Shown: positions 12,077 to 25,315 of the stretch, one piece after another
Position numbering within the stretch: position 1 is the first letter of the stretch
How the letters are laid out: each line of letters starts with the position of its first letter
Assembly: GCA_964016885.1 (NCBI GenBank)
Contig: OZ024741.1
Coordinates: 114,762,001 to 114,826,000, forward strand
From: Eledone cirrhosa
Taxonomy: Eukaryota
DNA: 64,000 nucleotides
Direction: 5' to 3'
Notes under the pieces: generated by a model
Told to the model about the DNA's origin: nothing
The model's input: the letters and a program-made list of their open reading frames with translations, nothing else
The model's database searches: none
Translations under genes and position numbers: made by a program

Positions 12077-13595
12077 ATACTTGGGGAGGGTCATATTTGT
12101 GTAATATTGCCAGAATTAATAACAGAACACACTCACTGTTTGGTTGGTTTTCGCTTCTCGCTTCTGTGTCTTTTATATCGGTAATCTAACTTACTCGGTC
12201 CTCAATGTTGCCATTGACTGACCGGCGGTCAAAAATAATACAGATACAATATAGACACAAACATATATATAGTTTATCATAAATCTTTCGTTGCACATCT
12301 GCAACATCGTCAGTGGTGTTATATTATCCTCCTGTTGTATTGTATGTCTACGCCATTTTTATTCAGTCTGTCTATATATTTATTTATTTATTTGCTTGTT
12401 TGTTTATTTTATTTTGTCTTCTTTGCGCATGCGTTTGCGTGTGTGTATAGTGTTTTGTTTGCTGTGTGATGGGTGACTAGTGTGTGTTTATGTGCTTGTT
12501 GTTATTGTGCTTGTGTATGTATTTATTTATTTATTTATTTATTTTATTTTATTTACTTATTTATACTTCTCTTAGGTCAGTGTTGTTTGTTTGGGCGTTG
12601 TTGTTATTCCATTCATTCTTTCTGTTTAGCCTTGGTCTTCTAATTTCTATTTCACTGGCCTCTCTGATTTGCCTATCTGCTGGGTCATTTCTATGTTTAG
12701 ATATTATTCTAATTTCTATGTTGTCTATGTTACCGTGATGTTGTTGTCTAGCATGTTCGTATAGTACTGACCCGTTTTTTCGTCCTTTTAGTTCCCCCCA
12801 GTGTTGGTCTATCCTTTCACCTATGCTACGAGCTGTCTCACCTATGTATGTTGTTGTCATGTTTCTGCAGGTACCCTCTGTACATCTTATGCTATAGACT
12901 ACGTTTCTAGTTTTACAGTTTATCCGGGGGTTCACCTTACATATGATACATTTCCTATTGGTACAGTGGGTTTTCTTAAAAGGGTAGGTTTTGCTGATCA
13001 GGGATTTTATGGTGGTTCCTGGCTTTTCTACCACCTTTATTTTTAAGTGGGTCTTTCTCAGGGCCTTTCTACACTGGTTAGCTAATTTCCCTCCAGGGGT
13101 AGCGTCCACAAACATGACACTCTGGTATATCTGGTTGTCGTACCATGAGGTGGCTTTCCCTATCTTATGTCTAGCCCTATCTAAACTATTCCTTGATTTG
13201 CTCCTGTATTATGGGCAAATTCCTTTCATATCCAGTTCTATGAGAGTCTTATACTTCTCCATGGCTCCCTCGTATACTCTGACTCTGTCTCTTTGGTTGT
13301 AGCCAGAGAACTGCATGCGATTGATGAAGTGTTGGATGTGTCTTTCCATTTCTGTTGGGTCGCACATGCGGGACACATTCTTCATCACCCGTACCAAATC
13401 TGCGATCAGAATATTAAACTCAGCACTACTGGACATTGCTGAGTTTTTGAGTATCAGGTATTTGGAGGCCATGGGTTTAGCATAGTGTGAGTGGAGAATT
13501 TGGGCTCTTTCGTCTATAGTGTTAATCCAGAGTTCTGTGTCTAACACAGGTAGTCTACTGTTAGGGTGTTTGGAAGGGAAGTCGATAGTTACAGA
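12072..13595 (-). mobile_element. 5'-truncated Penelope-like element (C-terminal GIY-YIG with Cys-rich linker)
   Basis: RT thumb LPVLDTELW...HYAKPMAS; FVDATPGGKLA; C-x4-C-x2-C; VVYSIRC...YIGETARSIGERIDQH; one in-frame TAA at 13209-13211; 3' end abuts (TA)n. Confidence 0.9.
12277..12317 (-). ncRNA. Minimal hammerhead motif in PLE 3' repeat
   Basis: acca-CTGACGA-t-gttgca/gatg/tgcaac-GAAA-gatt-TA-tga; stem I is weak. Confidence 0.6.
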
Positions 13596-13741
13596 GTATA
13601 AATGTAACTATTTTACCATAAACGCCATAAGGGAAAAAAATAAAAAATATTTCAAAGCTTTATTTTTCAATTTTCTAATGAGGTAATTGGAGAGTACTTA
13701 TCTATTTTAAACTCATTTAACAGTTTATAGCTATAACATAT

Positions 13742-14075
13742 AGGCGGCAAATTGGCAGAGTCGTTAGAACGCCGGATAGAATACTTTATGGTATTCATTC
13801 TGGCTCTCAGCTCCCTGAGTTCAAATCCAGCCGAGGTCAACTTTGTCTTTCATTCTTTCAAGGTCGATAAAAAAAGTACCAGTCTAGTACTCGGGTGGAT
13901 TCTTCCTCCATATATCTTTCTCATTTCCTCTATCTCACTTTCTATCTTTCTTTAGAAGAAATCTGCTGTACTCAGACCTGGAGAGGGATGGGCTCTGCCA
14001 AGCTTAAAATGCCCAAGCAACTTGTATGTCAATACGACGTCCCCACGACTCTATCGGGAGTTAGGGGACCTCACA
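13742..14075 (+). mobile_element. SINE, long-tailed subfamily
   Basis: ggcggcaaattggcagagtcgttaga...gagttcaaatcc...core...tail. Confidence 0.75.
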
Positions 14076-14229
14076 TACATAGCTATAGCATAACATACAA
14101 ACTTAGAAATTAGCAAAAATTGCAAACTTGCATATTATAATTAGAAACTCACATATACAAGTAAGAATAGCTATATAAAGAAAAAAAATGTGGAGTATTT
14201 AGCATAACTATAGCATCATATACAATTAT

Positions 14230-15785
14230 TGTATTTTTTTAGACAAAATAAATCTAAGTTGAACTTTCTATTTCTTTTTATAGACATCATAAAGATCTTG
14301 AATACACCTGATTGCCTGTTCTGCACACTGATTTGTTCTGGGTATTTTGAGTCTCGATGGTTCTGGAATTTAATGCTTTTTTGTGAACCTTTAAGCTGCT
14401 ACATAGCTTCTGATAATCATCTGCATTGTAGATTTGGTCAGTAAACCAATGGTTCGCACATCTGTAGGAGATAAATCCAAAAATTTCCAGTAGCAACTCT
14501 CTTTTCTCTGGTAGAAGAATAAAAGCTAAAAGATCCAGTATTGCTCTACAATCCCATCTTGCATTACTCAAGTTAGGTATTTTTTTTGCAACTTCACTTT
14601 AGGAAATCTTCCAGTTTCTTCGAAAAAGTGGTAAACTTCAGTTAAATGAAATAGAAATTTCATATCATTACGCCATTCTGCTGTTTAAGTAATCTCTTCT
14701 TTACCATTCTTGAAATTCTTCTTGAGCTGTTCTTTGTTATTTACAAGTTCAGCATAAATGGATATTCGATATAGGGCGATATCTTCTTTCCTCCAAGTTC
14801 GTCACCCATTACTACGTGAAGCACTCGGTCAAGTACATGATCTTGACAGCCAGTGGATGGTGGTTCTTTCAGTTTATTTTGATTTGAGCAAATAGTCTTT
14901 GTAGCTGAACGATAATCCCATTCATGCTTCCAGTGTCCATATCTGTAGCGTCCGCAACAATTATTCTTATGCTCTTCCATAAATTGTATTCATCCAGAAC
15001 AACTGTTAAGCCTTTGACAGCAGTATACGTTTTCATTTGGTAGACCTAATGCTTCTAACTTAACATCTCCTCTTTCATTCTTCAAAACGATCACTCGATA
15101 TTCTTGGCCATCAATTCGTTTACCATTAAAATGCATTGACCAACTTTCTAAGTGTAGTACTTTCTTCTTTAAGTTTAACAGATTCTTTAATAGTAGATCT
15201 GTAAATACCAGATTGCGAAGGTGTCTCAACGTCAATCTCTTCTTAACATAACTGCTGACAAACATTTGCTGATTTGCTGATTGATATGTTTGAAGATGTT
15301 TTCTAATTTGGTTTCAGCTTTGGTTTTGCTATACTTCTTTCGTTTTCTTGTAGATTGTTCTCCAGAATGTTCGGAGTCTTCATATTCACTTTCTGATTGG
15401 GTCTCTGATTCGGAAGTTGAAGTTGTTGTTGCAGTTTGCTCCTAGGTAACTTTTCTTCTTTTGGATGGATGAATAGTTTTGGAACTCGCATTCTTTCCAG
15501 TTATATATGGAACATGACCTTTGCTTTCGATCTGAAGATGATATAACCGTCTGTCCTCACTACACAGCCATTCACATGCGCGTCATAAATTTTCAGAAAG
15601 TTCTAGAAAGCTCCAAAAAGTTCTATAAGGTTCCAGAAAGTTCTAAAAGTTTAGAAATTTAGAAATTTCGTGTTGGGGGAAGGGGGCATTACAAAAATTA
15701 GATTAGACTTTTTTTCAATATTTTTGAACAAAATTTCATCGAACTATGACACAGGAAATCAATTATTTTACAAAAAGTCATAACC

Positions 15786-15790
<5 letters not shown>
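14230..15790 (-). mobile_element. Degenerate hAT-superfamily (hATm-like) DNA transposon
   Basis: Fragmented transposase: HFNGKRID, CQDHVLDRVL (CxxH), SNARWD (RW motif); terminus reads TTAGGG on the minus strand at ~15789; second TIR not found. Confidence 0.6.
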
Positions 15791-15840
<50 letters not shown>

Positions 15841-16029
15841 CTTATAAATGTACAAGAATTATGCACCAGTGGCTATTGATTCTAACTAGAAACAGTGAAA
15901 ATATATAGTTGATTGATTTCATTGATCTTACGTTGGGAAGTAGTTTGAAATGCATGAACTTATTTCATTACTATTTCGTAGTTATAATGAATCAATATCT
16001 TATAAAAATAATAATATTGAAGATTTATA

Positions 16030-16146
16030 CAGGGTGCCCCCAAAAAGTATATACACTTTTTAAATGACATTAAATGCATAGTTAAATGCATAGCTAAATG
16101 CATAGACTAATGGTTAAATGTGAGTACATTTTGGGGGGACACCCTG
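16030..16146. mobile_element. Tc1/mariner-type MITE
   Basis: TIRs CAGGGTGCCCCCAAAAAGTA / TACATTTTGGGGGGACACCCTG flanked by TA. Confidence 0.85.
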
Positions 16147-16269
16147 TATATTCCATCAAATTATATTCGATAGTTAGATTCATCTCACCCAATAAAGTGC
16201 GTAACTCGGAGATCAGAAAGTCACTCCAGGTAGAGCTGCTACTTCTCCGAATTGGGAGATCACAGCATC

Positions 16270-16553
16270 GATACTAAGGGCATGTAGTTAAAATGTCTCA
16301 GGGAAGAATTGTTGGACAGATTTTACGGGAAGGACCAACCGACAAGCGACCCAGGAGTAGACCCCGACAAGCTGGTTGAATAATATCCATGAGTATGGCT
16401 GGTTATGCTTGGGGATCCAGCCGGATCAGTTGGAGACGGTTGCATCTGACAGGACCCGCTGGAAGGAGTGTTTGAGGACTCTGCCCCTATGGCCCTCTCA
16501 GGAATAAGTGGACAAAGAAGAAGAAGAAGAAGAAGAAGAAGAAGAAGAAGAAG

Positions 16554-16583
<30 letters not shown>
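16270..16583 (+). mobile_element. RTE (Expander/Rex3-like) LINE 3' end with (GAA)n tail
   Basis: KRPRSRPR...WLCLGIQPDQLETVASDRTRWKECLRTLP followed by (GAA)n. Confidence 0.75.
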
Positions 16584-16585
<2 letters not shown>

Positions 16586-17477
16586 GGAGTATTTTAAAGT
16601 TCTTTTAGCTTCATTATAGTGAGGATTGTTTTCTCTTCATCAAGCGTGATGTATGTATGGACCCGTAGCCCCTAGTAGAATTGTAGGCACGCCGTAATGA
16701 TGTATAGCCTGTCTTACTTAATTTAAACCTGGTGGAACCCATCATATTTCTAGGTCTGAACACAGCCAATTTTCCAGAGAAGAAGAAGAAGAAGATTCAT
16801 CTTTCTCTCTATCTTCTTGATATTCAAGCTACACTAACATATAGATATTTAGAATATTTTGAAAGATTCCCATCCTAGTGTTAGTTAATGACTGTAACAA
16901 TGTAGCGAAATGGCCGAGTCGTTTGTGCGTCGAATAGAATTTTGTCTCGAATAGAATGCTTTGCATTATACGTTCCGGCTCTCTGCACTCTGTATGCAAG
17001 TCCCGCCGATGTGAGTTTTGTCTTTCATTCTACAAGATCGATAAATAAACTAGCAGTCCAGTACTGGAGTCGATTTGTCATTTACTTTCAAATTCTTCCT
17101 CTACAAAATATCGGATATGTACAAATGTGGAGAGAGATGGGCTCTGGTAGGTTTAAATCGCCAAATGTAATAATGGCGCGCCTACGACTCCATCAGGAAG
17201 TAAAGGCATACGTTTCCTTCAGCTTCTCCCATTATTTGTATCATACCTATCTGTTTATTGAGCCTATAATTGCAATATGGTGATTGCGTTTCTCTGATCT
17301 GAATTCCACTTTACTGAAGTAATGAGACATCAAAAAATGTTTGTCTTTCTTTTTCGTTCACTATAATAAACAATACCAGTCTTTTACATTGTACTATTGA
17401 CGGATGGAATTCTGAATAAGTCTGTTATCAGCATACTCAGTAATACTAGAGAGCTGGTATTCTTGCCATTTATATTA

Positions 17478-17912
17478 AAGGCGGTGGATTGTCAGTATCG
17501 GTAGAGCGTCGGTCAACATGCTTTCAGGTATATAATTACGGCATTTTACGTTCTGAGTTCAAATCCTGCCGAGGTTAACTATGCCTTTCATCCTTACGGG
17601 GTCAATAAAATAAAGTAAAGTAACGCACAAGGGTCGTTTTAATCTACTTACTCCTCCCCTAAAATTGTTGGCCCTATGCCTAAATCAGAAACCTAATATG
17701 TCCACCTAATATTGCTGATAGTAATATAATTGTTTCTACTTTTGGCACAAGGCCATAAATTACCCAGTGCATTACTGGTACTTTATTTTATCGACCCCGT
17801 AAGGATGAAAGGCAAAGTTAACCTCAGCGGGATTTGAACTCAGAATGGCAAGGGCCGTAACTCAATGCGTCAAAGCATGTCGTCCGACCCTCTACCGATA
17901 CTGCCAAACCAC
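17478..17912. mobile_element. Inverted pair of dominant-family SINEs
   Basis: Plus copy 17478-17695 and minus copy 17728-17912. Confidence 0.8.
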
Positions 17913-18577
17913 GTAAGGATAGTAATATAATAAGTACAGAAATGTATCGCACTTTCATCTCTGAATAATACTTTACAAAACCGGGGTAAGCAGCAACAAC
18001 AATATGTAATGAAATATGCATAGCTGCGAAATTTCGCCTCCTGAAATATGACACAGAAATTTATTATTCATGTTACATTTGGGGCTATTTCATGTCAGGC
18101 AAAATTACGTTTCAATGACTTAAAAAATGTTTCTATGTTGAAATATTTAAAGAGTCGTGAACATTTCATTCCCACAGCCACTTTCATTTGCTTCTGAATA
18201 CATGTAGAAAAAAAAGTCACTTTAACAAACATTTTAAAGATTTCCCTTTAGTAGCTAGAAATGTTTCTGAAGAAAAAGTAGTCTAAAGACAGATAGTGGA
18301 TAATCATTCACCCAAACTACATTAGTTCAACTGTTCCTGAATTTTAAAGATCTTCAGAATCAGCTATTAAACGGGAATGACTGTAAGCTTTTTATTCATA
18401 AAAGATACAAATATTCTTTCTAAAACATTCTACTTATGGAATTCTTAATTGGCCATATAATTCTTAGATAAGTGTTTCGCGTTAATTGTCAGTAATAGTC
18501 GCTTGTAAACATATTGTGAATAAAAACGTCAATTTTGTTTTGTTCAGATTTAATTGCGCCAGTTTATTAATAGATTT

Positions 18578-18627
<50 letters not shown>

Positions 18628-20811
18628 TTGATCATTATTGTTTATGACCTTAAAACCCCAAACCGTACGGTACTCATGCATAATTACACACACAACAAAC
18701 TGACTGACACGCACACACAGACACAAATACACACATACGTGTTTTATAAAAAGTGTACCATGGTTGTTGTTGTTGTTGTTTTTGTTACTTTTTAGACCCG
18801 GAGCAGCCGCGAATTAGCAAACATATTCAAAAACATTTAAGTTCCGACCATTACATTTTTTCTCCTCAGTAGGGGTTTATAGGGACTTGGCTCTCATTTC
18901 TATCAGTTGAGCGACCATTTAGAGGTTCCCTTATTTACCATAGTGTTTTGTCGCAATATTACACTATAGAAGTTGTTCTATTGAAGACACTATATTAATA
19001 TGAGCTAAAGTGGCAACCTGAAGGAACCTCAATATAGTTGTTTCATGGCACACTTTTGAAGTAATAGGCTCCATCATAAATTATCCGTCTTCACTTGTGT
19101 CGAATAAACGATCAATTAGAAAAATGTAATAGATCCCCAATATTTCGATACATCATGGACGAATATTTCAATTATAGACTATAAACTCTCATATCTAAAA
19201 AATCAGTCAAAGCCCGGTATTTAATTATCTTCCCTTCCTCGACGTTATGGATAGCAGTACCTGGGTTTGTGACCAAGGCAATTATGTTGGCATCGGGGAT
19301 CATGTTGCAACTCATGACATCCCAAATTAATTATTTACCCCACTGATACGGTAAAAAAGGTTATCCTGTCTGGGCGCCTTCAGTCACAACGGTTGAAGTA
19401 GATTGACTCTCCAATTGTGACCGGAAGCAGGCCGCGACATGCACTGTAGCAATAAGAGAACGGATGTAGTCCGAACTCATCAACATTTATTCAACTCGTA
19501 TAGGAAAAGGCCAAGGCGTACAGCTACTCCGATATGGCTTCCCTCATGTTGGATGATGCGCGGAATCTGACGCCGCCAAACATCACAAGGAATTTTAACC
19601 TCTGCTAGGCTGTGTTGTCGAAACGGACATTACAGGTGAGTTGGGCGTAGATACGAATGGTGGTGTCGTGGTTAGTGAGGTGTCCTGGCGCATTGCGTAG
19701 CGAAAAATGTTTGGGGAATACGAAGCAGTTCTTCAGGAGGACTGAGAATCAATGAGTCCAATCTGTCCGTCATCCTCGTCAGATCAGCTCGGTTGACCTT
19801 TAGGCAATCGCGTATGTATTTGAAGGGAATTGGAGAGTCAAATATGTATGTATATTCCCTAGGAATAAGTCATACCTCAGTCAGAGAGGACAGAATACTG
19901 TAGACAGCATTACCATATTATGTTTCACTGTAATTCACATTTATCACCTCCGTCTTGGACGAGTTAATTTGGTGTACGAAGAGCGATAGGGTTGGAATAG
20001 TTGTTCTGAAGGTTGTCAACGATGAACTCAACAGGGCCACCCAGTGTCGTTGAATGGTGAACAGATTGAGTTCACAATGTTATTGACAGCCAACACAAAC
20101 AGGAGTGAACGATTGAGTACCCTTGCTGGATATCTGTGGCAGATGTGATAATACTACCAGTAGCAGTGAGCATACCCGATGTCCCGTATTGAATGGGGAA
20201 ATCTCAAGGATATGGTCACATCTAATGCTATAAAAGGCGTTTTGTTTTTGTATATCCACATTTACTAGGAAGCGGGATGACGATGGCGCTGCATGCTCAA
20301 TGAAATGTCTGAGTGTATGGGTCCCTACGTTACATCCGTCTAGAACGCAGCAAGAAGCCTCCATCAACCCCTTTCCCCCCACAACGAATTTTCTAGTCTG
20401 AGAGCAGACTTGTGGTTCTTGCATTGGCTTACATAGTCACATGTGGGTCAACAGAGGTTATCTGCTGAACAATCATCCTCGACTCTGAAGGACTGGCAAC
20501 GAACAACGATTGCCAGCGTAAAATATTATATCTAGCCTGATATCATTTAGAATCGAAATTTTGTTGCTTATTAAGTTTATATTGGTGCTATCATTCCTGA
20601 CATTTGAAAGACAGTTGTATAGATATGTCGTTCAGATCGACTAGAATGGTAATCGGATAATCCTTTGGAGACAACGAAAAAAAATATTAAAACAATAAAA
20701 AAAAAACGTAATCGATGAAGAGTGTTGTTTTAAAATCGATGAACTATCTATAAATTAGGAAGTCGTATATAAGTGGTATATAATTAAAGAAAATATTTGG
20801 TATTTAGTTAA

Positions 20812-21118
20812 ATAATTGTTTCTACGCTTGGCACAAGGCCAGCAATTACCCAGTGCATTACTGGTACTTTATTTTATCGACCCCGTAAGGATGAAAGGCA
20901 AAGTTAACTTCGGCGGGATTTGAACTCAGATCATACAGGGAGGTAACTCTATGCTTCAAAGCATGGCGTCCGACCCTCTACCGATACTGCAAATCAGTTA
21001 AATAATTGTTTCTACTTTTGGCACAAGGCCAGCAATAACCCAGTGTATTACTGGTACTTTATTTTATCGACCCCGTAAGGATGAAAGGCAAAGTTAACCT
21101 CGGCGGGATTTGAACTCA
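20812..21118 (-). mobile_element. Tandem SINE duplication
   Basis: 20812-20995 repeated in part at 21001-21118. Confidence 0.8.
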
Positions 21119-22075
21119 GTTAAATAATGATAGGCTGACATCGAAATTTAGAAGTTTCTACAAGAGGCAAGGAGTCGTTAGAAGGTCATATAAATTGTTT
21201 TACAATATTTATTCCATCTCTCTGCGATCTGAGTTCAAATCGTACCAAAATCAACTTTTCCTTTCATCATTTCCAGCTCGATAATAGAAGAACCAGTTCA
21301 GTAATGGAGTCGATTATTCCTTTATATTTCCTTCTCACTTTCTCTCTATCACATACCACACATACACACACACGCACGCACACTCACACAGACACACACA
21401 CATACTCCCTCTCCATCTCTCTCTCTCCATCTCTGAGAAGAATGTGTTTAGACCGGGAGAATAATGAGGTCGTTTGTGACGACGGTTCTTCTACGAATCC
21501 ACGAGGAGTTACAGGTTCGTACATACATAGATGCATACACATATACATACATATTACATACACACATACAAAGGTAGATGCATACATACTACATACTACA
21601 TACATACATAAAAACATTCATACCTACCTACACACATACATACAAAGATACATATATGCATACATACATGATGGTTGCCCCCTCGTTATCGACTATGGCC
21701 ATTGGTATGTTTGAAAACAGTCGCTTGGGTGGTTCTCTAGTTTTAGGGATTCAAACTCACACACACACAGACATCCTCAGTTTTATATATATAGACTAGC
21801 AGAATGGCCCGGTGATTGGTATGTCTGCAACATTTACAGGTGATTCATTTTGTTAAATTTACACATATAAATACAACTCATTAATTTTATATAAATGCAA
21901 CTTCAGGAGACACCTGAATCTCGGTAACTCGTAAAATGTCTTGTCTATTAATATATAATAACTCATACATCACATAGCTCGTATATAGCTAGTCAATTAT
22001 ATAATAATTCGAATATCATACAACTCGAATATCGTATAAAAATTCAAAATGCAACATAATAATTTGTATATCTCA

Positions 22076-23443
22076 TCTATATATATAAAACAGAAGATGT
22101 CTGTCTGTGTGTCTGTTTCCCTAAAACTTGAGAAGTACCCAACCTTTTTTTTCAAACTTTACACATGCAACCCGTATGGCCCCGGAAGTGTTTTGAGCAA
22201 AAAAGAAATTTCAAATTATTCTAACTTAGGGATCGAATTAGTGAAGTGGCCAATGTCTGTACATAATGAGGGAGTGAGAGGGGAGAGAAAGAAACGGAGA
22301 GGCAAAGTGAAGAAGTGGCTCTCTACTCCTCCTCCTCCTCCTTCTCCCCATTCGTGACAGCGTGTTTCGATAGAGGGGAGAAATGTGAACGAGTTACAGA
22401 GAGAAAGAGTGAGAGTGAAAGAAACAGACAGACTAAAAGAGGGGGATAGCGGGAGCGAGAGAGAGAGAGAGTGACAGACGCCGTCTTTTGAGAGTTGTAT
22501 GCGTCAAAGATACATGACAGTGGAATAACTATTGCGTGTGTGTGTGAGTTTGTGTGCGTTTGCATGCGTGAGTGTGTATGTGTGCGTGAGTGATTATAAA
22601 CTCTCTCAGATGGTCTGATGGAATTAACCCTTTAGCATTTACATTACTGTATATATGCTATATTATTTTCATGGTAAAGGCTTTATCTCACATAATATAA
22701 AACTCATAGATTTAATATTATTTATTTTGAGAACAATACCTTAACCCTTAGTATTAATGTGAGTGAGTTATAAAGAGAAAGAGTGAGAGTGAAAGAAACA
22801 GACAGACTAAAAGAGAGGGATAGCGAGAGAGAGAGAGACGCTGAAAGAGGGGTAGGAAAGCTATATGTGTTGCTGTCTGCATTACGATACATATATATAC
22901 ACACACACACACTGATCGCATCATAGTGACGTAATGCATACAGCCAGACATACAGACAGATATTATAAGGGCGCAACGTTATATCTATGTATCTATTTAA
23001 AAAGAAAGACTAAGAATTATAGAGAGAGATCGCTAAATCGCCTAATGCGGTCCCTAGGGCATTGAAAATTTGAAATATTTTTTGCTCATTTGAAATATTT
23101 TTGCTCATTTGAAATATTTTTTGCTCAAAACACTCACATTGAAAATTTAAAATTTGTTTTGCTCAGAACACTCCCTGAAGCATAAGTATTACATGTGTAA
23201 AGTTTGAAATCAATCGGTTGGGTGGTTCTCAAGTTTTAGTGAGCTGACAGACAGACAGACATTCTCTGTTTTAGATATATATATATATATATAATTATAT
23301 ATTCGTGTACAGATATTTTTGCATACACAATAATAAAATATAAATAAACGTATTTATTTCACGAGGCTCAATAAGGATAAATATATATCAAATATATAAG
23401 AACCCTAGAGCAAATCCCGAGTAACGCCGGGCCATTCTGCTAG
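22076..23443 (+). mobile_element. Non-autonomous Helitron
   Basis: A|TCTATATATATAAAAC 5' end; 3' hairpin cccga-gtaacgc-cggg then CTAG; internal inverted copy of its own 5' region. Confidence 0.75.
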
Positions 23444-23927
23444 TCTCTATATATAAAACTGAGGATGTCTGTGTGTGTGAGTTTGAATCCCTAAAACTAG
23501 AGAACCACCCAAGCGACTGTTTTCAAACTTTATGCATGTAATACTTATGTTTTAGGGAGTGTTCTGAGCAAAACAAATTTCAAATTTTCAATGCCCTAGG
23601 GACAGTATTGGGTGATTTAGCGATCTCTCTCTATAATTCTTAGATAGATACATACATATAACGTCGCGCCCTTATAATATCTGTCTGTATGTCTGACTGT
23701 CTTTTACCTCCGGTTATGTTGCCACTCTCGCTCAAGACAAATCTCACACTCATTCCCCAAACAGTTGGTAAGTGCACACAAATTCTTCCTCACGTTTTAA
23801 GCCACAGTGTTGCTTACTTACGTACCACCAGACCCTTACTTCTTTGCCAGCCGTGGTTGTGGCAATACTAAGCCGGTTATATATTTCGCAATACCTTATC
23901 CGGTGCAACGCCGGGTACCATTGCTAG
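23444..23927 (+). mobile_element. Second non-autonomous Helitron, head-to-tail with the first
   Basis: Starts TC immediately after CTAG; ends ccggtgcaacgccggg...CTAG|T. Confidence 0.75.
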
Positions 23928-24526
23928 TCATAAATATTTTTTTATTTGTGTATCAATAATGCAAATCCATAAACCCATCCATGGATTCTGAACGCCGTCT
24001 CATCAGACATTTTGAACTTGGTGAAGCCCATGCCTCTCCAGGTTTGAACATAAGTGATTTCCACTAGATAGAGAGACAGAGAGAGGTGGAGGAGAGGTTA
24101 AATAAAAAATTGTCCCTAGTACAGTAACTGGTGCTTTATTTATAGAGCTCAAAAGGCCGAAATCCATAGTTGAGCTTGGCAGAATATAAACTCAGAGCGC
24201 AGAGTCGAGACCGATAGTGTGGAATATTCTATTCGATTCTATTCGACGATCTAACAACTATGCGAACTCGTTAAATGACACGACGGTTCAATTATATTCA
24301 AATATTGTAAGCGCGTCCATTGAGAATATCGTCTATGACAAACTGCTTAGTTGCTCGTATGTGGGTCTTTCCGCTGGGAACAACCCCTTGTTTTCTCCCC
24401 CCCCCTTTTTTTGTGTACATCCATCCATCCATTCACTCATTCATTTACTGCCATTCTACCTTCCTGTGTCTCCCCCTCCATGCAGCCCCTTTTCGCTCTC
24501 GTTTTCTGGCACCTCCATATATATAG

Positions 24527-25315
24527 GTGAACTATGCTGCCCTCTTACCAACACTTTCCCGTCCACCCATACACACCAGCCACCCACCCCTGATGCCGCT
24601 CGGTGCCCCAGTCCCCGGCCCCACGCCCCATCCCCCACACCTCCAAATCGACACATGCAGCACTTGCGGCACCACTAACAAACGGAAGAGGGGTCGGAAC
24701 TGTTTGGAGTGCGGCTGCTTCCACCACCTTACCTGCGTTGGCTTGACTCGTCGAGCTTCCAATGCCCTCGCAGCGTGGAGGTGCAGGAACTGCCTCTTCC
24801 CCACGTCTTCCCAGCTACGGCCGTCTGGCACACCACTAGATGAGACAGCGAGCTTGCCTGACGCCCGAGCCTCGCTGGTCAACATCGCTCGGCTCAGGTG
24901 GCTCCGGAAGATCCCACTCAGGATCCCGAGAGCGGCACGGGTGCCGGTAGCCGATGCCCTCGCTTCCTCGATTGAGAGCGCCCTTAACTCCAATCGAGCC
25001 AGTGACTGGGAGCGGCTGTTCTATTTCGCCCCACTCGCCCTCGCCCCCCCCCCCCCCAGCTCTGGCGCTGACCGGGGCGGCCGAAAACAGCAGCCTTCGT
25101 CAAGGCCAATGTCTCGTCAGTTGGGCGAGCGCCCATTCCAAGCGTGCCCAGGGACGCCACACACCCCACCCTCAGGTATCCCCTATCCTCCACCTCCGAG
25201 GCCAGCGCCAAGCGTTTGCGTGACCAGGTAAACGCAAAGCTTATCATGGGTGATGTCTCGGCCGCAGTCAGAGTTGTTGCCTCAGAGGACACTGTCCTCC
25301 AACCCACCGAGGAAA
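24527..25315 (+). pseudogene. N-terminal fragment of a CRE-like non-LTR retrotransposon ORF with a PHD finger
   Basis: GC-rich island; CSTC...CLECGCFHHLTC...WRCRNC; RIPRAARVPVADAL...WERLFYF; after a frameshift, VNAKLIMGDVSAAVRVVASEDT. Confidence 0.65.

Noticed and set aside
12561-13547. Naiad-type selenoprotein PLE
   Set aside because: Endonuclease is C-terminal and the internal stop is TAA
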